A stretch of DNA of 64,000 nt from Auanema rhodensis (lineage: Eukaryota; Animalia; Nematoda): the NCBI GenBank assembly GCA_964057225.1, contig CAXKVF010000073.1, positions 434,001 through 498,000 on the forward strand. Reading direction: 5' to 3'. The notes under the pieces were generated by a model. It saw only the letters and a program-made list of their open reading frames with translations. It ran no database searches and had not been told where the DNA came from. Positions 13,377-27,807 of this stretch are shown here, one piece after another. Made by a program: the position numbers and the translations under genes. Each line of letters begins with the position of its first letter. Position 1 is the first letter of the stretch.

Positions 13377-16300
13377 TCTAATTTTGAAAACCGCATCTCT
13401 TTATCTTTCACGTGAAGCGAGTTACATACCAAGTGCACATCACGTGTACATTTAATTAGCATAAATTAAAGTTCACGTAAATTTCAAAGTCATGGTTACC
13501 ATGAACCAATATCAATAAAAATTTGTTTTTAGACTAATATGTACATGGGGAATCTATTTTTGAAAACCGCATCTCTTTATCTTTCACGTGAAGCGAGTTA
13601 CATACCAAGTGCACATCACGTGTACATTTAATTAGCATAAATTAAAGTTCACGTAAATTTCAAAGTCATGGTTACCATGAACCAATATCAATGAAAATTT
13701 GTTTTTAGACTAATATGGACATGGGGAATCAAATTTTGAAAACCGCATCTCTTTATCTTTCACGTGAAGCGAGTTACATACCAAATGCACATCACGTGTA
13801 CATTTAATTAGCATGAATTAAAGTTCACGTAAATTTCAAAGTCATGGTTACCATGCACCAATATCAATAAAAAATTGTTTTTAGACTAATATGGACATGG
13901 GGAATCTAATTTTGAAAACCGCATCTCTTTATCTTTCACGTGAAGCGAGTTACATACCAAGTGCACATCACGTGTACATTTAATTAGCATAAATTAAAGT
14001 TCACGTAAATTTCAAAGTCATGGTTACCATGCACCAATATCAATAAAATTTGTTTTTAGACTAATATGGACATGGGGAATCTGATTTTGAAAACCGCATC
14101 TCTTTATCTTTCACGTGAAGCGAGTTACATACCAAGTGCACATCACGTGTACATTTAATTAGCATAAATTAAAGTTCACGTAAATTTCAAAGTCATGGTT
14201 ACCATGCACCAATATCAATAAAAATTTGTTTTTAGACTAATATGGACATGGGGAATCAAATTTTGAAAACCGCATCTCTTTATCTTTCACGTGAACCGAG
14301 TTACATACCGAGTGCACATCACGTGTACATTTAATTAGCATGAATTAAAGTTCACGTAAATTTCAAAGTCATGGTTACCATGCACCAATATCAATAAAAA
14401 ATTGTTTTTAGACTAATATGGACATGGGGAATCTAATTTTGAAAACCGCATCTCTTTATCTTTCACGTGAAGCGAGTTACATACCAAGTGCACATCACGT
14501 GTACATTTAATTAGCATAAATTAAAGTTCACGTAAATTTCAAAGTCATGGTTACCATGCACCAATATCAATAAAAATTTGTTTTTAGACTAATATGGACA
14601 TGGGGAATCTAATTTTGAAAACCGCATCTTTTTATCTTTTACGTGAAGCGAGTTACATACCAAGTGCACATCACGTGTACATTTAATTAGCATAAATTAA
14701 AGTTCACGTAATTTTCAAAGACATGGTTACCATGAACCAATATCAATAAAAATTTGTTTTTAGACTAATATGGACATGGGGATTCTAATTTTGGAAACCG
14801 CATCTCTTTATCTTTCACGTGAAGCGAGCTACATACCAAGTGCACATCACGTGTACATTTAATTAGCATAAATTAAAGTTCACGTAAATTTCAAAGTCAT
14901 GGTTACCATGCACCAATATCAATAAAAATTTGTTTTTAGACTAATATGGACATGGGGAATCAAATTTTGAAAACCGCATCTCTTTATCTTTCACGTGAAC
15001 CGAGTTACATACCGAGTGCACATCACGTGTACATTTAATTAGCATGAATTAAAGTTCACGTAAATTTCAAAGTCATGGTTACCATGCACCAATATCAATA
15101 AAAAATTGTTTTTAGACTAATATGGACATGGGGAATCTAATTTTGAAAACCGCATCTCTTTATCTTTCACGTGAAGCGAGTTACATACCAAGTGCACATC
15201 ACGTGTACATTTAATTAGCATAAATTAAAGTTCACGTAAATTTCAAAGTCATGGTTACCATGCACCAATATCAATAAAAATTTGTTTTTAGACTAATATG
15301 GACATGGGGAATCTGATTTTGAAAACCGCATCTCTTTATCTTTCACGTGAAGCGAGTTACATACCAAGTGCACATCACGTGTACATTTAATTAGCATAAA
15401 TTAAAGTTCACGTAAATTTCAAAGTCATGGTTACCATGCACCAATATCAATAAAAATTTGTTTTTAGACTAATATGGACATGGGGAATCTAATTTTGAAA
15501 ACCGCATCTCTTTATCTTTCACGTGAAGCGAGTTACATACCAAGTGCACATCACGTGTACATTTAATTAGCATAAATTAAAGTTCACGTAAATTTCAAAG
15601 TCATGGTTACCATGAACCAATATCAATGAAAATTTGTTTTTAGACTAATATGGACATGGGGAATCTAATTTTGAAAACCGCATCTCTTTATCTTTCACGT
15701 GAAGCGAGTTACATACCAAGTGCACATCACGTGTACAATTAATTAGCATAAATTAAAGTTCACGTAAATTTCAAAGTCATGGTTACCATGAACCAATATC
15801 AATAAAAATTTGTTTTTAGACTAATATGGACATGGGGAATCTAATTTTGAAAACCGCATCTCTTTATCTTTCACGTGAAGCGAGTTACATACCAAGTGCA
15901 CATCACGTGTACATTTAATTAGCATAAATTAAAGTTCACGTAAATTTCAAAGTCATGGTTACCATGAACCAATATCAATAAAAATTTGTTTTTAGACTAA
16001 TATGGACATGGGGAATCTAATTTTGAAAACCGCATCTCTTTATCTTTCACGTGAAGCGAGTTACATACCAAGTGCACATCACGTGTACATTTAATTAGCA
16101 TAAATTAAAGTTCACGTAAATTTCAAAGTCATGGTTACCATGCACCAATATCAATAAAAATTTGTTTTTAGACTAATATGGACATGGGGATTCTAATTTT
16201 GAAAACCGCATCTCTTTATCTTTCACGTGAAGCGAGTTACATACCAAGTGCACATCACGTGTACATTTAATTAGCATAAATTAAAGTTCACGTAAATTTC

Positions 16301-19300
16301 AAAGTCATGGTTACCATGAACCAATATCAATAAAAATTTGTTTTTAGACTAATATGTACATGAGGAATCTAATTTTGAAAACCGCATCTCTTTATCTTTC
16401 ACGTGAAGCGAGTTACATACCAAGTGCACATCACGTGTACATTTAATTAGCATAAATTAAAGTTCACGTAAATTTCAAAGTCATGGTTACCATGCACCAA
16501 TATCAATAAAAATTTGTTTTTAGACTAATATGGACATGGGGAATCTAATTTTGAAAACCACATCTCTTTATCTTTCACGTGAAGCGAGTTACATACCAAG
16601 TGCACATCACGTGTACATTTAATTAGCATAAATTAAAGTTCACGTAAATTTCAAAGTCATGGTTAACATGCACCAATATCAATAAAAATTTGTTTTTAGA
16701 CTAATATGGACATGGGGAATCTTATTTTGAAAACCGCATCTCTTTATCTTTCACGTGAAGCGAGTTACATACCAAGTGCACATCACGTGTACATTTAATT
16801 AGCATAAATTAAAGTTCACGTAAATTTCAAAGTCATGGTTACCATGCACCAATATCAATAAAAATTTGTTTTTAGACTAATATGGACATGGGGAATCAAA
16901 TTTTGAAAACCGCATCTCTTTATCTTTCACGTGAACCGAGTTACATACCGAGTGCACATCACGTGTACATTTAATTAGCATGAATTAAAGTTCACGTAAA
17001 TTTCAAAGTCATGGTTACCATGCACCAATATCAATAAAAAATTGTTTTTAGACTAATATGGACATGGGGAATCTAATTTTGAAAACCGCATCTCTTTATC
17101 TTTCACGTGAAGCGAGTTACATACCAAGTGCACATCACGTGTACATTTAATTAGCATAAATTAAAGTTCACGTAAATTTCAAAGTCATGGTTACCATGCA
17201 CCAATATCAATAAAAATTTGTTTTTAGACTAATATGGACATGGGGAATCTGATTTTGAAAACCGCATCTCTTTATCTTTCACGTGAAGCGAGTTACATAC
17301 CAAGTGCACATCACGTGTACATTTAATTAGCATAAATTAAAGTTCACGTAAATTTCAAAGTCATGGTTACCATGCACCAATATCAATAAAAATTTGTTTT
17401 TAGACTAATATGGACATGGGGAATCTAATTTTGAAAACCGCATCTCTTTATCTTTCACGTGAAGCGAGTTACATACCAAGTGCACATCACGTGTACATTT
17501 AATTAGCATAAATTAAAGTTCACGTAAATTTCAAAGTCATGGTTACCATGAACCAATATCAATGAAAATTTGTTTTTAGACTAATATGGACATGGGGAAT
17601 CTAATTTTGAAAACCGCATCTCTTTATCTTTCACGTGAAGCGAGTTACATACCAAGTGCACATCACGTGTACAATTAATTAGCATAAATTAAAGTTCACG
17701 TAAATTTCAAAGTCATGGTTACCATGAACCAATATCAATAAAAATTTGTTTTTAGACTAATATGGACATGGGGAATCTAATTTTGAAAACCGCATCTCTT
17801 TATCTTTCACGTGAAGCGAGTTACATACCAAGTGCACATCACGTGTACATTTAATTAGCATAAATTAAAGTTCACGTAAATTTCAAAGTCATGGTTACCA
17901 TGAACCAATATCAATAAAAATTTGTTTTTAGACTAATATGGACATGGGGAATCTAATTTTGAAAACCGCATCTCTTTATCTTTCACGTGAAGCGAGTTAC
18001 ATACCAAGTGCACATCACGTGTACATTTAATTAGCATAAATTAAAGTTCACGTAAATTTCAAAGTCATGGTTACCATGCACCAATATCAATAAAAATTTG
18101 TTTTTAGACTAATATGGACATGGGGATTCTAATTTTGAAAACCGCATCTCTTTATCTTTCACGTGAAGCGAGTTACATACCAAGTGCACATCACGTGTAC
18201 ATTTAATTAGCATAAATTAAAGTTCACGTAAATTTCAAAGTCATGGTTACCATGAACCAATATCAATAAAAATTTGTTTTTAGACTAATATGTACATGAG
18301 GAATCTAATTTTGAAAACCGCATCTCTTTATCTTTCACGTGAAGCGAGTTACATACCAAGTGCACATCACGTGTACATTTAATTAGCATAAATTAAAGTT
18401 CACGTAAATTTCAAAGTCATGGTTACCATGCACCAATATCAATAAAAATTTGTTTTTAGACTAATATGGACATGGGGAATCTAATTTTGAAAACCACATC
18501 TCTTTATCTTTCACGTGAAGCGAGTTACATACCAAGTGCACATCACGTGTACATTTAATTAGCATAAATTAAAGTTCACGTAAATTTCAAAGTCATGGTT
18601 AACATGCACCAATATCAATAAAAATTTGTTTTTAGACTAATATGGACATGGGGAATCTTATTTTGAAAACCGCATCTCTTTATCTTTCACGTGAAGCGAG
18701 TTACATACCAAGTGCACATCACGTGTACATTTAATTAGCATAAATTAAAGTTCACGTAAATTTCAAAGTCATGGTTACCATGCACCAATATCAATAAAAA
18801 TTTGTTTTTAGACTAATATGGACATGGGGAATCTAATTTTGAAAACCGCATCTCTTTATCTTTCACGTGAAGCGAGTTACATACCAAGTGCACATCACGT
18901 GTACATTTAATTAGCATAAATTAAAGTTCACGTAAATTTCAAAGTCATGGTTACCATGAACCAATATCAATAAAAATTTGTTTTTAGACTAATATGTACA
19001 TGGGGAATCTATTTTTGAAAACCGCATCTCTTTATCTTTCACGTGAAGCGAGTTACATACCAAGTGCACATCACGTGTACATTTAATTAGCATAAATTAA
19101 AGTTCACGTAAATTTCAAAGTCATGGTTACCATGAACCAATATCAATGAAAATTTGTTTTTAGACTAATATGGACATGGGGAATCAAATTTTGAAAACCG
19201 CATCTCTTTATCTTTCACGTGAAGCGAGTTACATACCAAGTGCACATCACGTGTACATTTAATTAGCATGAATTAAAGTTCACGTAAATTTCAAAGTCAT

Positions 19301-19887
19301 GGTTACCATGCACCAATATCAATTAAAAATTGTTTTTAGACTAATATGGACATGGGGAATCTAATTTTGAAAACCGCATCTCTTTATCTTTCACGTGAAG
19401 CGAGTTACATACCAAGTGCACATCACGTGTACATTTAATTAGCATAAATTAAAGTTCACGTAAATTTCAAAGTCATGGTTACCATGCACCAATATCAATA
19501 AAAATTTGTTTTTAGACTAATATGGACATGGGGAATCTGATTTTGAAAACCGCATCTCTTTATCTTTCACGTGAAGCGAGTTACATACCAAGTGCACATC
19601 ACGTGTACATTTAATTAGCATAAATTAAAGTTCACGTAAATTTCAAAGTCATGGTTACCATGCACCAATATCAATAAAAATTTGTTTTTAGACTAATATG
19701 GACATGGGGAATCAAATTTTGAAAACCGCATCTCTCTATCTTTCACGTGAAGCGAGTTACATACCAAGTGCACATCACGTGTACATTTAATTAGCATGAA
19801 TTAAAGTTCACGTAAATTTCAAAGTCATGGTTACCATGAACCAATATCAATAAAAATTTGTTTTTAGACTAATATGGACATGTGGAA
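13377..19887. repeat. Array domain B (M77-M113): heterogeneous zone with A3, G87, A146, T166, C41+G55 variants; contains the only indel
   Basis: Variants absent from domain A first appear here (A3 at 13731, G141 at 13693, G4 at 14083); 175-bp monomer M80. Confidence 0.8.
14960..18831. repeat. Tandem 11-mer duplication (2 x 1936 bp): M86-M96 and M97-M107
   Basis: Rare variants repeat at 1936-bp offset: GGTTAACATG (A123) at 16666 and 18602; TGTACATGAGG (T166+A172) near 16363 and 18299; GAACCGAG/ATACCGAG monomer at 14960 and 16896. Confidence 0.92.
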
Positions 19888-21119
19888 TCTAATTTTGAAA
19901 ACCGCATCTCTTTATCTTTCACGTGAAGCGAGTTACATACCAAGTGCACATCACGTGTACATTTAATTAGCATAAATTAAAGTTCACGTAAATTTCAAAG
20001 TCATGGTTACCATGCACCAATATCAATAAAAATTTGTTTTTAGACTAATATGGACATGGGGAATCTAATTTTGAAAACCGCATCTCTTTATCTTTCACGT
20101 GAAGCGAGTTACATACCAAGTGCACATCACGTGTACATTTAATTAGCATGAATTAAAGTTCACGTAAATTTCAAAGTCATGGTTACCATGAACCAATATC
20201 AATAAAAATTTGTTTTTAGACTAATATGGACATGGGGAATCTAATTTTGACAACCGCATCTCTTTATCTTTCACGTGAAGCGAGTTACATACCAAGTGCA
20301 CATCACGTGTACATTTAATTAGCATAAATTAAAGTTCACGTAAATTTCAAAGTCATGGTTACCATGAACCAATATCAATGAAAATTTGTTTTTAGACTAA
20401 TATGGACATGGGGAATCTGATTTTGAAAACCGCATCTCTTTATCTTTCACGTGAAGCGAGTTACATACCAAGTGCACATCACGTGTACATTTAATTAGCA
20501 TAAATTAAAGTTCACGTAAATTTCAAAGTCATGGTTACCATGAACCAATATCAATGAAAATTTGTTTTTAGACTAATATGGACATGGGGAATCTGATTTT
20601 GAAAACCGCATCTCTTTATCTTTCACGTGAAGCGAGTTACATACCAAGTGCACATCACGTGTACATTTAATTAGCATAAATTAAAGTTCACGTAAATTTC
20701 AAAGTCATGGTTACCATGCACCAATATCAATAAAAATTTGTTTTTAGACTAATATGGACATGGGGAATCTAATTTTGAAAACCGCATCTTTTTATCTTTC
20801 ACGTGAAGCGAGTTACATACCAAGTGCATATCACGTGTACAATTAATTAGCATAAATTAAAGTTCACGTAAATTTCAAAGTCATGGTTACCATGAACCAA
20901 TATCAATAAAAATTTGTTTTTAGACTAATATGGACATGTGGAATCTAATTTTGAAAACCGCATCTCTTTATCTTTCACGTGAAGCGAGTTACATACCAAG
21001 TGCACATCACGTGTACATTTAATTAGCATGAATTAAAGTTCACGTAAATTTCAAAGTCATGGTTACCATGCACCAATATCAATTAAAAATTGTTTTTAGA
21101 CTAATATGGACATGGGGAA

Positions 21120-22879
21120 TCTAATTTTGAAAACCGCATCTCTTTATCTTTCACGTGAAGCGAGTTACATACCAAGTGCACATCACGTGTACATTTAATT
21201 AGCATAAATTAAAGTTCACGTAAATTTCAAAGTCATGGTTACCATGCACCAATATCAATAAAAATTTGTTTTTAGACTAATATGGACATGGGGAATCTGA
21301 TTTTGAAAACCGCATCTCTTTATCTTTCACGTGAAGCGAGTTACATACCAAGTGCACATCACGTGTACATTTAATTAGCATGAATTAAAGTTCACGTAAA
21401 TTTCAAAGTCATGGTTACCATGAACCAATATCAATAAAAATTTGTTTTTAGACTAATATGGACATGGGGAATCTAATTTTGACAACCGCATCTCTTTATC
21501 TTTCACGTGAAGCGAGTTACATACCAAGTGCACATCACGTGTACATTTAATTAGCATAAATTAAAGTTCACGTAAATTTCAAAGTCATGGTTACCATGAA
21601 CCAATATCAATGAAAATTTGTTTTTAGACTAATATGGACATGGGGAATCTGATTTTGAAAACCGCATCTCTTTATCTTTCACGTGAAGCGAGTTACATAC
21701 CAAGTGCACATCACGTGTACATTTAATTAGCATAAATTAAAGTTCACGTAAATTTCAAAGTCATGGTTACCATGAACCAATATCAATGAAAATTTGTATT
21801 CAGACTAATATGGACATGGGGAATCTGATTTTGAAAACCGCATCTCTTTATCTTTCACGTGAAGCGAGTTACATACCAAGTGCACATCACGTGTACATTT
21901 AATTAGCATAAATTAAAGTTCACGTAAATTTCAAAGTCATGGTTACCATGCACCAATATCAATTAAAAATTGTTTTTAGACTAATATGGACATGGGGAAT
22001 CTAATTTTGAAAACCGCATCTCTTTATCTTTCACGTGAAGCGAGTTACATACCAAGTGCACATCACGTGTACATTTAATTAGCATAAATTAAAGTTCACG
22101 TAAATTTCAAAGTCATGGTTACCATGCACCAATATCAATAAAAATTTGTTTTTAGACTAATATGGACATGGGGAATCTGATTTTGAAAACCGCATCTCTT
22201 TATCTTTCACGTGAAGCGAGTTACATACCAAGTGCACATCACGTGTACATTTAATTAGCATGAATTAAAGTTCACGTAAATTTCAAAGTCATGGTTACCA
22301 TGAACCAATATCAATAAAAATTTGTTTTTAGACTAATATGGACATGGGGAATCTAATTTTGACAACCGCATCTCTTTATCTTTCACGTGAAGCGAGTTAC
22401 ATACCAAGTGCACATCACGTGTACATTTAATTAGCATAAATTAAAGTTCACGTAAATTTCAAAGTCATGGTTACCATGAACCAATATCAATGAAAATTTG
22501 TTTTTAGACTAATATGGACATGGGGAATCTGATTTTGAAAACCGCATCTCTTTATCTTTCACGTGAAGCGAGTTACATACCAAGTGCACATCACGTGTAC
22601 ATTTAATTAGCATAAATTAAAGTTCACGTAAATTTCAAAGTCATGGTTACCATGAACCAATATCAATGAAAATTTGTATTCAGACTAATATGGACATGGG
22701 GAATCTGATTTTGAAAACCGCATCTCTTTATCTTTCACGTGAAGCGAGTTACATACCAAGTGCACATCACGTGTAAATTTAATTAGCATAAATTAAAGTT
22801 CACGTAAATTTCAAAGTCATGGTTACCATGCACCAATATCAATAAAAATTTGTTTTTAGACTAATATGGACATGGGGAA
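21120..22879. repeat. Tandem 5-mer duplication (880-bp offset), about M121-M125 and M126-M130
   Basis: TTTGTATTCAGAC (A151+C154) at 21798/21801 and 22678/22681; AATTAAAAATTG in M120 and M125. Confidence 0.85.
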
Positions 22880-24991
22880 TCTAATTTTGAAAACCGCATC
22901 TCTTTATCTTTCACGTGAAGCGAGTTACATACCAAGTGCACATCACGTGTACATTTAATTAGCATGAATTAAAGTTCACGTAAATTTCAAAGTCATGGTT
23001 ACCATGAACCAATATCAATAAAAATTTGTTTTTAGACTAATATGGACATGGGGAATCTAATTTTGACAACCGCATCTCTTTATCTTTCACGTGAAGCGAG
23101 TTACATACCAAGTGCACATCACGTGTACATTTAATTAGCATAAATTAAAGTTCACGTAAATTTCAAAGTCATGGTTACCATGAACCAATATCAATGAAAA
23201 TTTGTTTTTAGACTAATATGGACATGGGGAATCTGATTTTGAAAACCGCATCTCTTTATCTTTCACGTGAAGCGAGTTACATACCAAGTGCACATCACGT
23301 GTACATTTAATTAGCATAAATTAAAGTTCACGTAAATTTCAAAGTCATGGTTACCATGAACCAATATCAATGAAAATTTGTTTTTAGACTAATATGGACA
23401 TGGGGAATCTGATTTTGAAAACCGCATCTCTTTATCTTTCACGTGAAGCGAGTTACATACCAAGTGCACATCACGTGTACATTTAATTAGCATAAATTAA
23501 AGTTCACGTAAATTTCAAAGTCATGGTTACCATGCACCAATATCAATAAAAATTTGTTTTTAGACTAATATGGACATGGGGAATCTAATTTTGAAAACCG
23601 CATCTCTTTATCTTTCACGTGAAGCGAGTTACATACCAAGTGCACATCACGTGTACATTTAATTAGCATGAATTAAAGTTCACGTAAATTTCAAAGTCAT
23701 GGTTAGCATGAACCAATATCAATAAAAATTTGTTTTTAGACTAATATGGACATGGGGAATCTAATTTTGACAACCGCATCTCTTTATCTTTCACGTGAAG
23801 CGAGTTACATACCAAGTGCACATCACGTGTACATTTAATTAGCATAAATTAAAGTTCACGTAAATTTCAAAGTCATGGTTACCATGAACCAATATCAATG
23901 AAAATTTGTTTTTAGACTAATATGGACATGGGGAATCTGATTTTGAAAACCGCATCTCTTTGTCTTTCACGTGAAGCGAGTTACATACCAAGTGCACATC
24001 ACGTGTACATTTAATTAGCATAAATTAAAGTTCACGTAAATTTCAAAGTCATGGTTACCATGAACCAATATCAATGAAAATTTGTTTTTAGACTAATATG
24101 GACATGGGGAATCTGATTTTGAAAACCGCATCTCTTTATCTTTCACGTGAAGCGAGTTACATACCAAGTGCACATCACGTGTACATTTAATTAGCATAAA
24201 TTAAAGTTCACGTAAATTTCAAAGTCATGGTTACCATGCACCAATATCAATAAAAATTTGTTTTTAGACTAATATGGACATGGGGAATCTAATTTTGAAA
24301 ACCGCATCTTTTTATCTTTCACGTGAAGCGAGTTACATACCAAGTGCACATCACGTGTACAATTAATTAGCATAAATTAAAGTTCACGTAAATTTCAAAG
24401 TCATGGTTACCATGCACCAATATCAATAAAAATTTGTTTTTAGACTAATATGGACATGGGGAATCTAATTTTGAAAACCGCATCTTTTTATCTTTCACGT
24501 GAAGCGAGTTACATACCAAGTGCACATCACGTGTACAATTAATTAGCATAAATTAAAGTTTACGTAAATTTCAAAGTCATGGTTACCATGAACCAATATC
24601 AATAAAAATTTGTTTCTAGACTAATATGGACATGTGGAATCTAATTTTGAAAACCGCATCTCTTTATCTTTCACGTGAAGCGAGTTACATACCAAGTGCA
24701 CATCACGTGTACATTTAATTAGCATAAATTAAAGTTCACGTAAATTTCAAAGTCATGGTTACCATGCACCAATATCAATAAAAATTTGTTTTTAGACTAA
24801 TATGGACATGGGGAATCTAATTTTGACAACCGCAACTCTTTATCTTTCACGTGAAGCGAGTTACATACCAAGTGCACATCACGTGTACATTTAATTAGCA
24901 TAAATTAAAGTTCACGTAAATTTCAAAGTCATGGTTACCATGCACCAATATCAATAAAAATTTGTTTTTAGACTAATATGGACATGGGGAA

Positions 24992-27807
24992 TCTAATTTT
25001 GAAAACCGCATCTTTTTATCTTTCACGTGAAGCGAGTTACATACCAAGTGCACATCACGTGTACAATTAATTAGCATAAATTAAAGTTCACGTAAATTTC
25101 AAAGTCATGGTTACCATGCACCAATATCAATAAAAATTTGTTTTTAGACTAATATGGACATGGGGAATCTAATTTTGAAAACCGCATCTTTTTATCTTTC
25201 ACGTGAAGCGAGTTACATACCAAGTGCACATCACGTGTACAATTAATTAGCATAAATTAAAGTTTACGTAAATTTCAAAGTCATGGTTACCATGAACCAA
25301 TATCAATAAAAATTTGTTTCTAGACTAATATGGACATGTGGAATCTAATTTTGAAAACCGCATCTCTTTATCTTTCACGTGAAGCGAGTTACATACCAAG
25401 TGCACATCACGTGTACATTTAATTAGCATAAATTAAAGTTCACGTAAATTTCAAAGTCATGGTTACCATGCACCAATATCAATAAAAATTTGTTTTTAGA
25501 CTAATATGGACATGGGGAATCTAATTTTGACAACCGCAACTCTTTATCTTTCACGTGAAGCGAGTTACATACCAAGTGCACATCACGTGTACATTTAATT
25601 AGCATAAATTAAAGTTCACGTAAATTTCAAAGTCATGGTTACCATGAACCAATATCAATGAAAATTTGTTTTTAGACTAATATGGACATGGGGAATCTGA
25701 TTTTGAAAACCGCATCTCTTTATCTTTCACGTGAAGCGAGTTACATACCAAGTGCACATCACGTGTACATTTAATTAGCATAAATTAAAGTTCACGTAAA
25801 TTTCAAAGTCATGGTTACCATGAACCAATATCAATGAAAATTTGTTTTTAGACTAATATGGACATGGGGAATCTGATTTTGAAAACCGCATCTCTTTATC
25901 TTTCACGTGAAGCGAGTTACATACCAAGTGCACATCACGTGTACATTTAATTAGCATAAATTAAAGTTCACGTAAATTTCAAAGTCATGGTTACCATGAA
26001 CCAATATCAATGAAAATTTGTTTTTAGACTAATATGGACATGGGGAATCTGATTTTGAAAACCGCATCTCTTTATCTTTCACGTGAAGCGAGTTACATAC
26101 GAAGTGCACATCACGTGTACATTTAATTAGCATAAATTAAAGTTCACGTAAATTTCAAAGTCATGGTTACCATGAACCAATATCAATGAAAATTTGTTTT
26201 TAGACTAATATGGACATGGGGAATCTGATTTTGAAAACCGCATCTCTTTATCTTTCACGTGAAGCGAGTTACATACCAAGTGCACATCACGTGTACATTT
26301 AATTAGCATAAATTAAAGTTCACGTAAATTTCAAAGTCATGGTTACCATGCACCAATATCAATAAAAATTTGTTTTTAGACTAATATGGACATGGGGAAT
26401 CTAATTTTGAAAACCGCATCTTTTTATCTTTCACGTGAAGCGAGTTACATACCAAGTGCACATCACGTGTACAATTAATTAGCATAAATTAAAGTTCACG
26501 TAAATTTCAAAGTCATGGTTACCATGCACCAATATCAATAAAAATTTGTTTTTAGACTAATATGGTCATGGGGAATCTAATTTTGAAAACCGCATCTTTT
26601 TATCTTTCACGTGAAGCGAGTTACATACCAAGTGCACATCACGTGTACAATTAATTAGCATAAATTAAAGTTTACGTAAATTTCAAAGTCATGGTTACCA
26701 TGAACCAATATCAATAAAAATTTGTTTCTAGACTAATATGGACATGTGGAATCTAATTTTGAAAACCGCATCTCTTTATCTTTCACGTGAAGCGAGTTAC
26801 ATACCAAGTGCACATCACGTGTACATTTAATTAGCATAAATTAAAGTTCACGTAAATTTCAAAGTCATGGTTACCATGCACCAATATCAATAAAAATTTG
26901 TTTTTAGACTAATATGGACATGGGGAATCTAATTTTGACAACCGCAACTCTTTATCTTTCACGTGAAGCGAGTTACATACCAAGTGCACATCACGTGTAC
27001 ATTTAATTAGCATAAATTAAAGTTCACGTAAATTTCAAAGTCATGGTTACCATGAACCAATATCAATGAAAATTTGTTTTTAGACTAATATGGACATGGG
27101 GAATCTGATTTTGAAAACCGCATCTCTTTATCTTTCACGTGAAGCGAGTTACATACCAAGTGCACATCACGTGTACATTTAATTAGCATAAATTAAAGTT
27201 CACGTAAATTTCAAAGTCATGGTTACCATGAACCAATATCAATGAAAATTTGTTTTTAGACTAATATGGACATGGGGAATCTGATTTTGAAAACCGCATC
27301 TCTTTATCTTTCACGTGAAGCGAGTTACATACCAAGTGCACATCACGTGTACATTTAATTAGCATAAATTAAAGTTCACGTAAATTTCAAAGTCATGGTT
27401 ACCATGAACCAATATCAATGAAAATTTGTTTTTAGACTAATATGGACATGGGGAATCTGATTTTGAAAACCGCATCTCTTTATCTTTCACGTGAAGCGAG
27501 TTACATACGAAGTGCACATCACGTGTACATTTAATTAGCATAAATTAAAGTTCACGTAAATTTCAAAGTCATGGTTACCATGAACCAATATCAATGAAAA
27601 TTTGTTTTTAGACTAATATGGACATGGGGAATCTGATTTTGAAAACCGCATCTCTTTATCTTTCACGTGAAGCGAGTTACATACCAAGTGCACATCACGT
27701 GTACATTTAATTAGCATAAATTAAAGTTCACGTAAATTTCAAAGTCATGGTTACCATGCACCAATATCAATAAAAATTTGTTTTTAGACTAATATGGACA
27801 TGGGGAA
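24992..27807. repeat. 8-mer higher-order repeat (1408 bp), M143-M150 and M151-M158, flanked by truncated 4-mer versions (M139-142, M159-162)
   Basis: G54 (CATACGAAG) at 26101 and 27509; C153 (TCTAGA) monomers at M144, M152, M160; C12+A20 (GACAACCGCAAC) at M146, M154. Confidence 0.9.
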
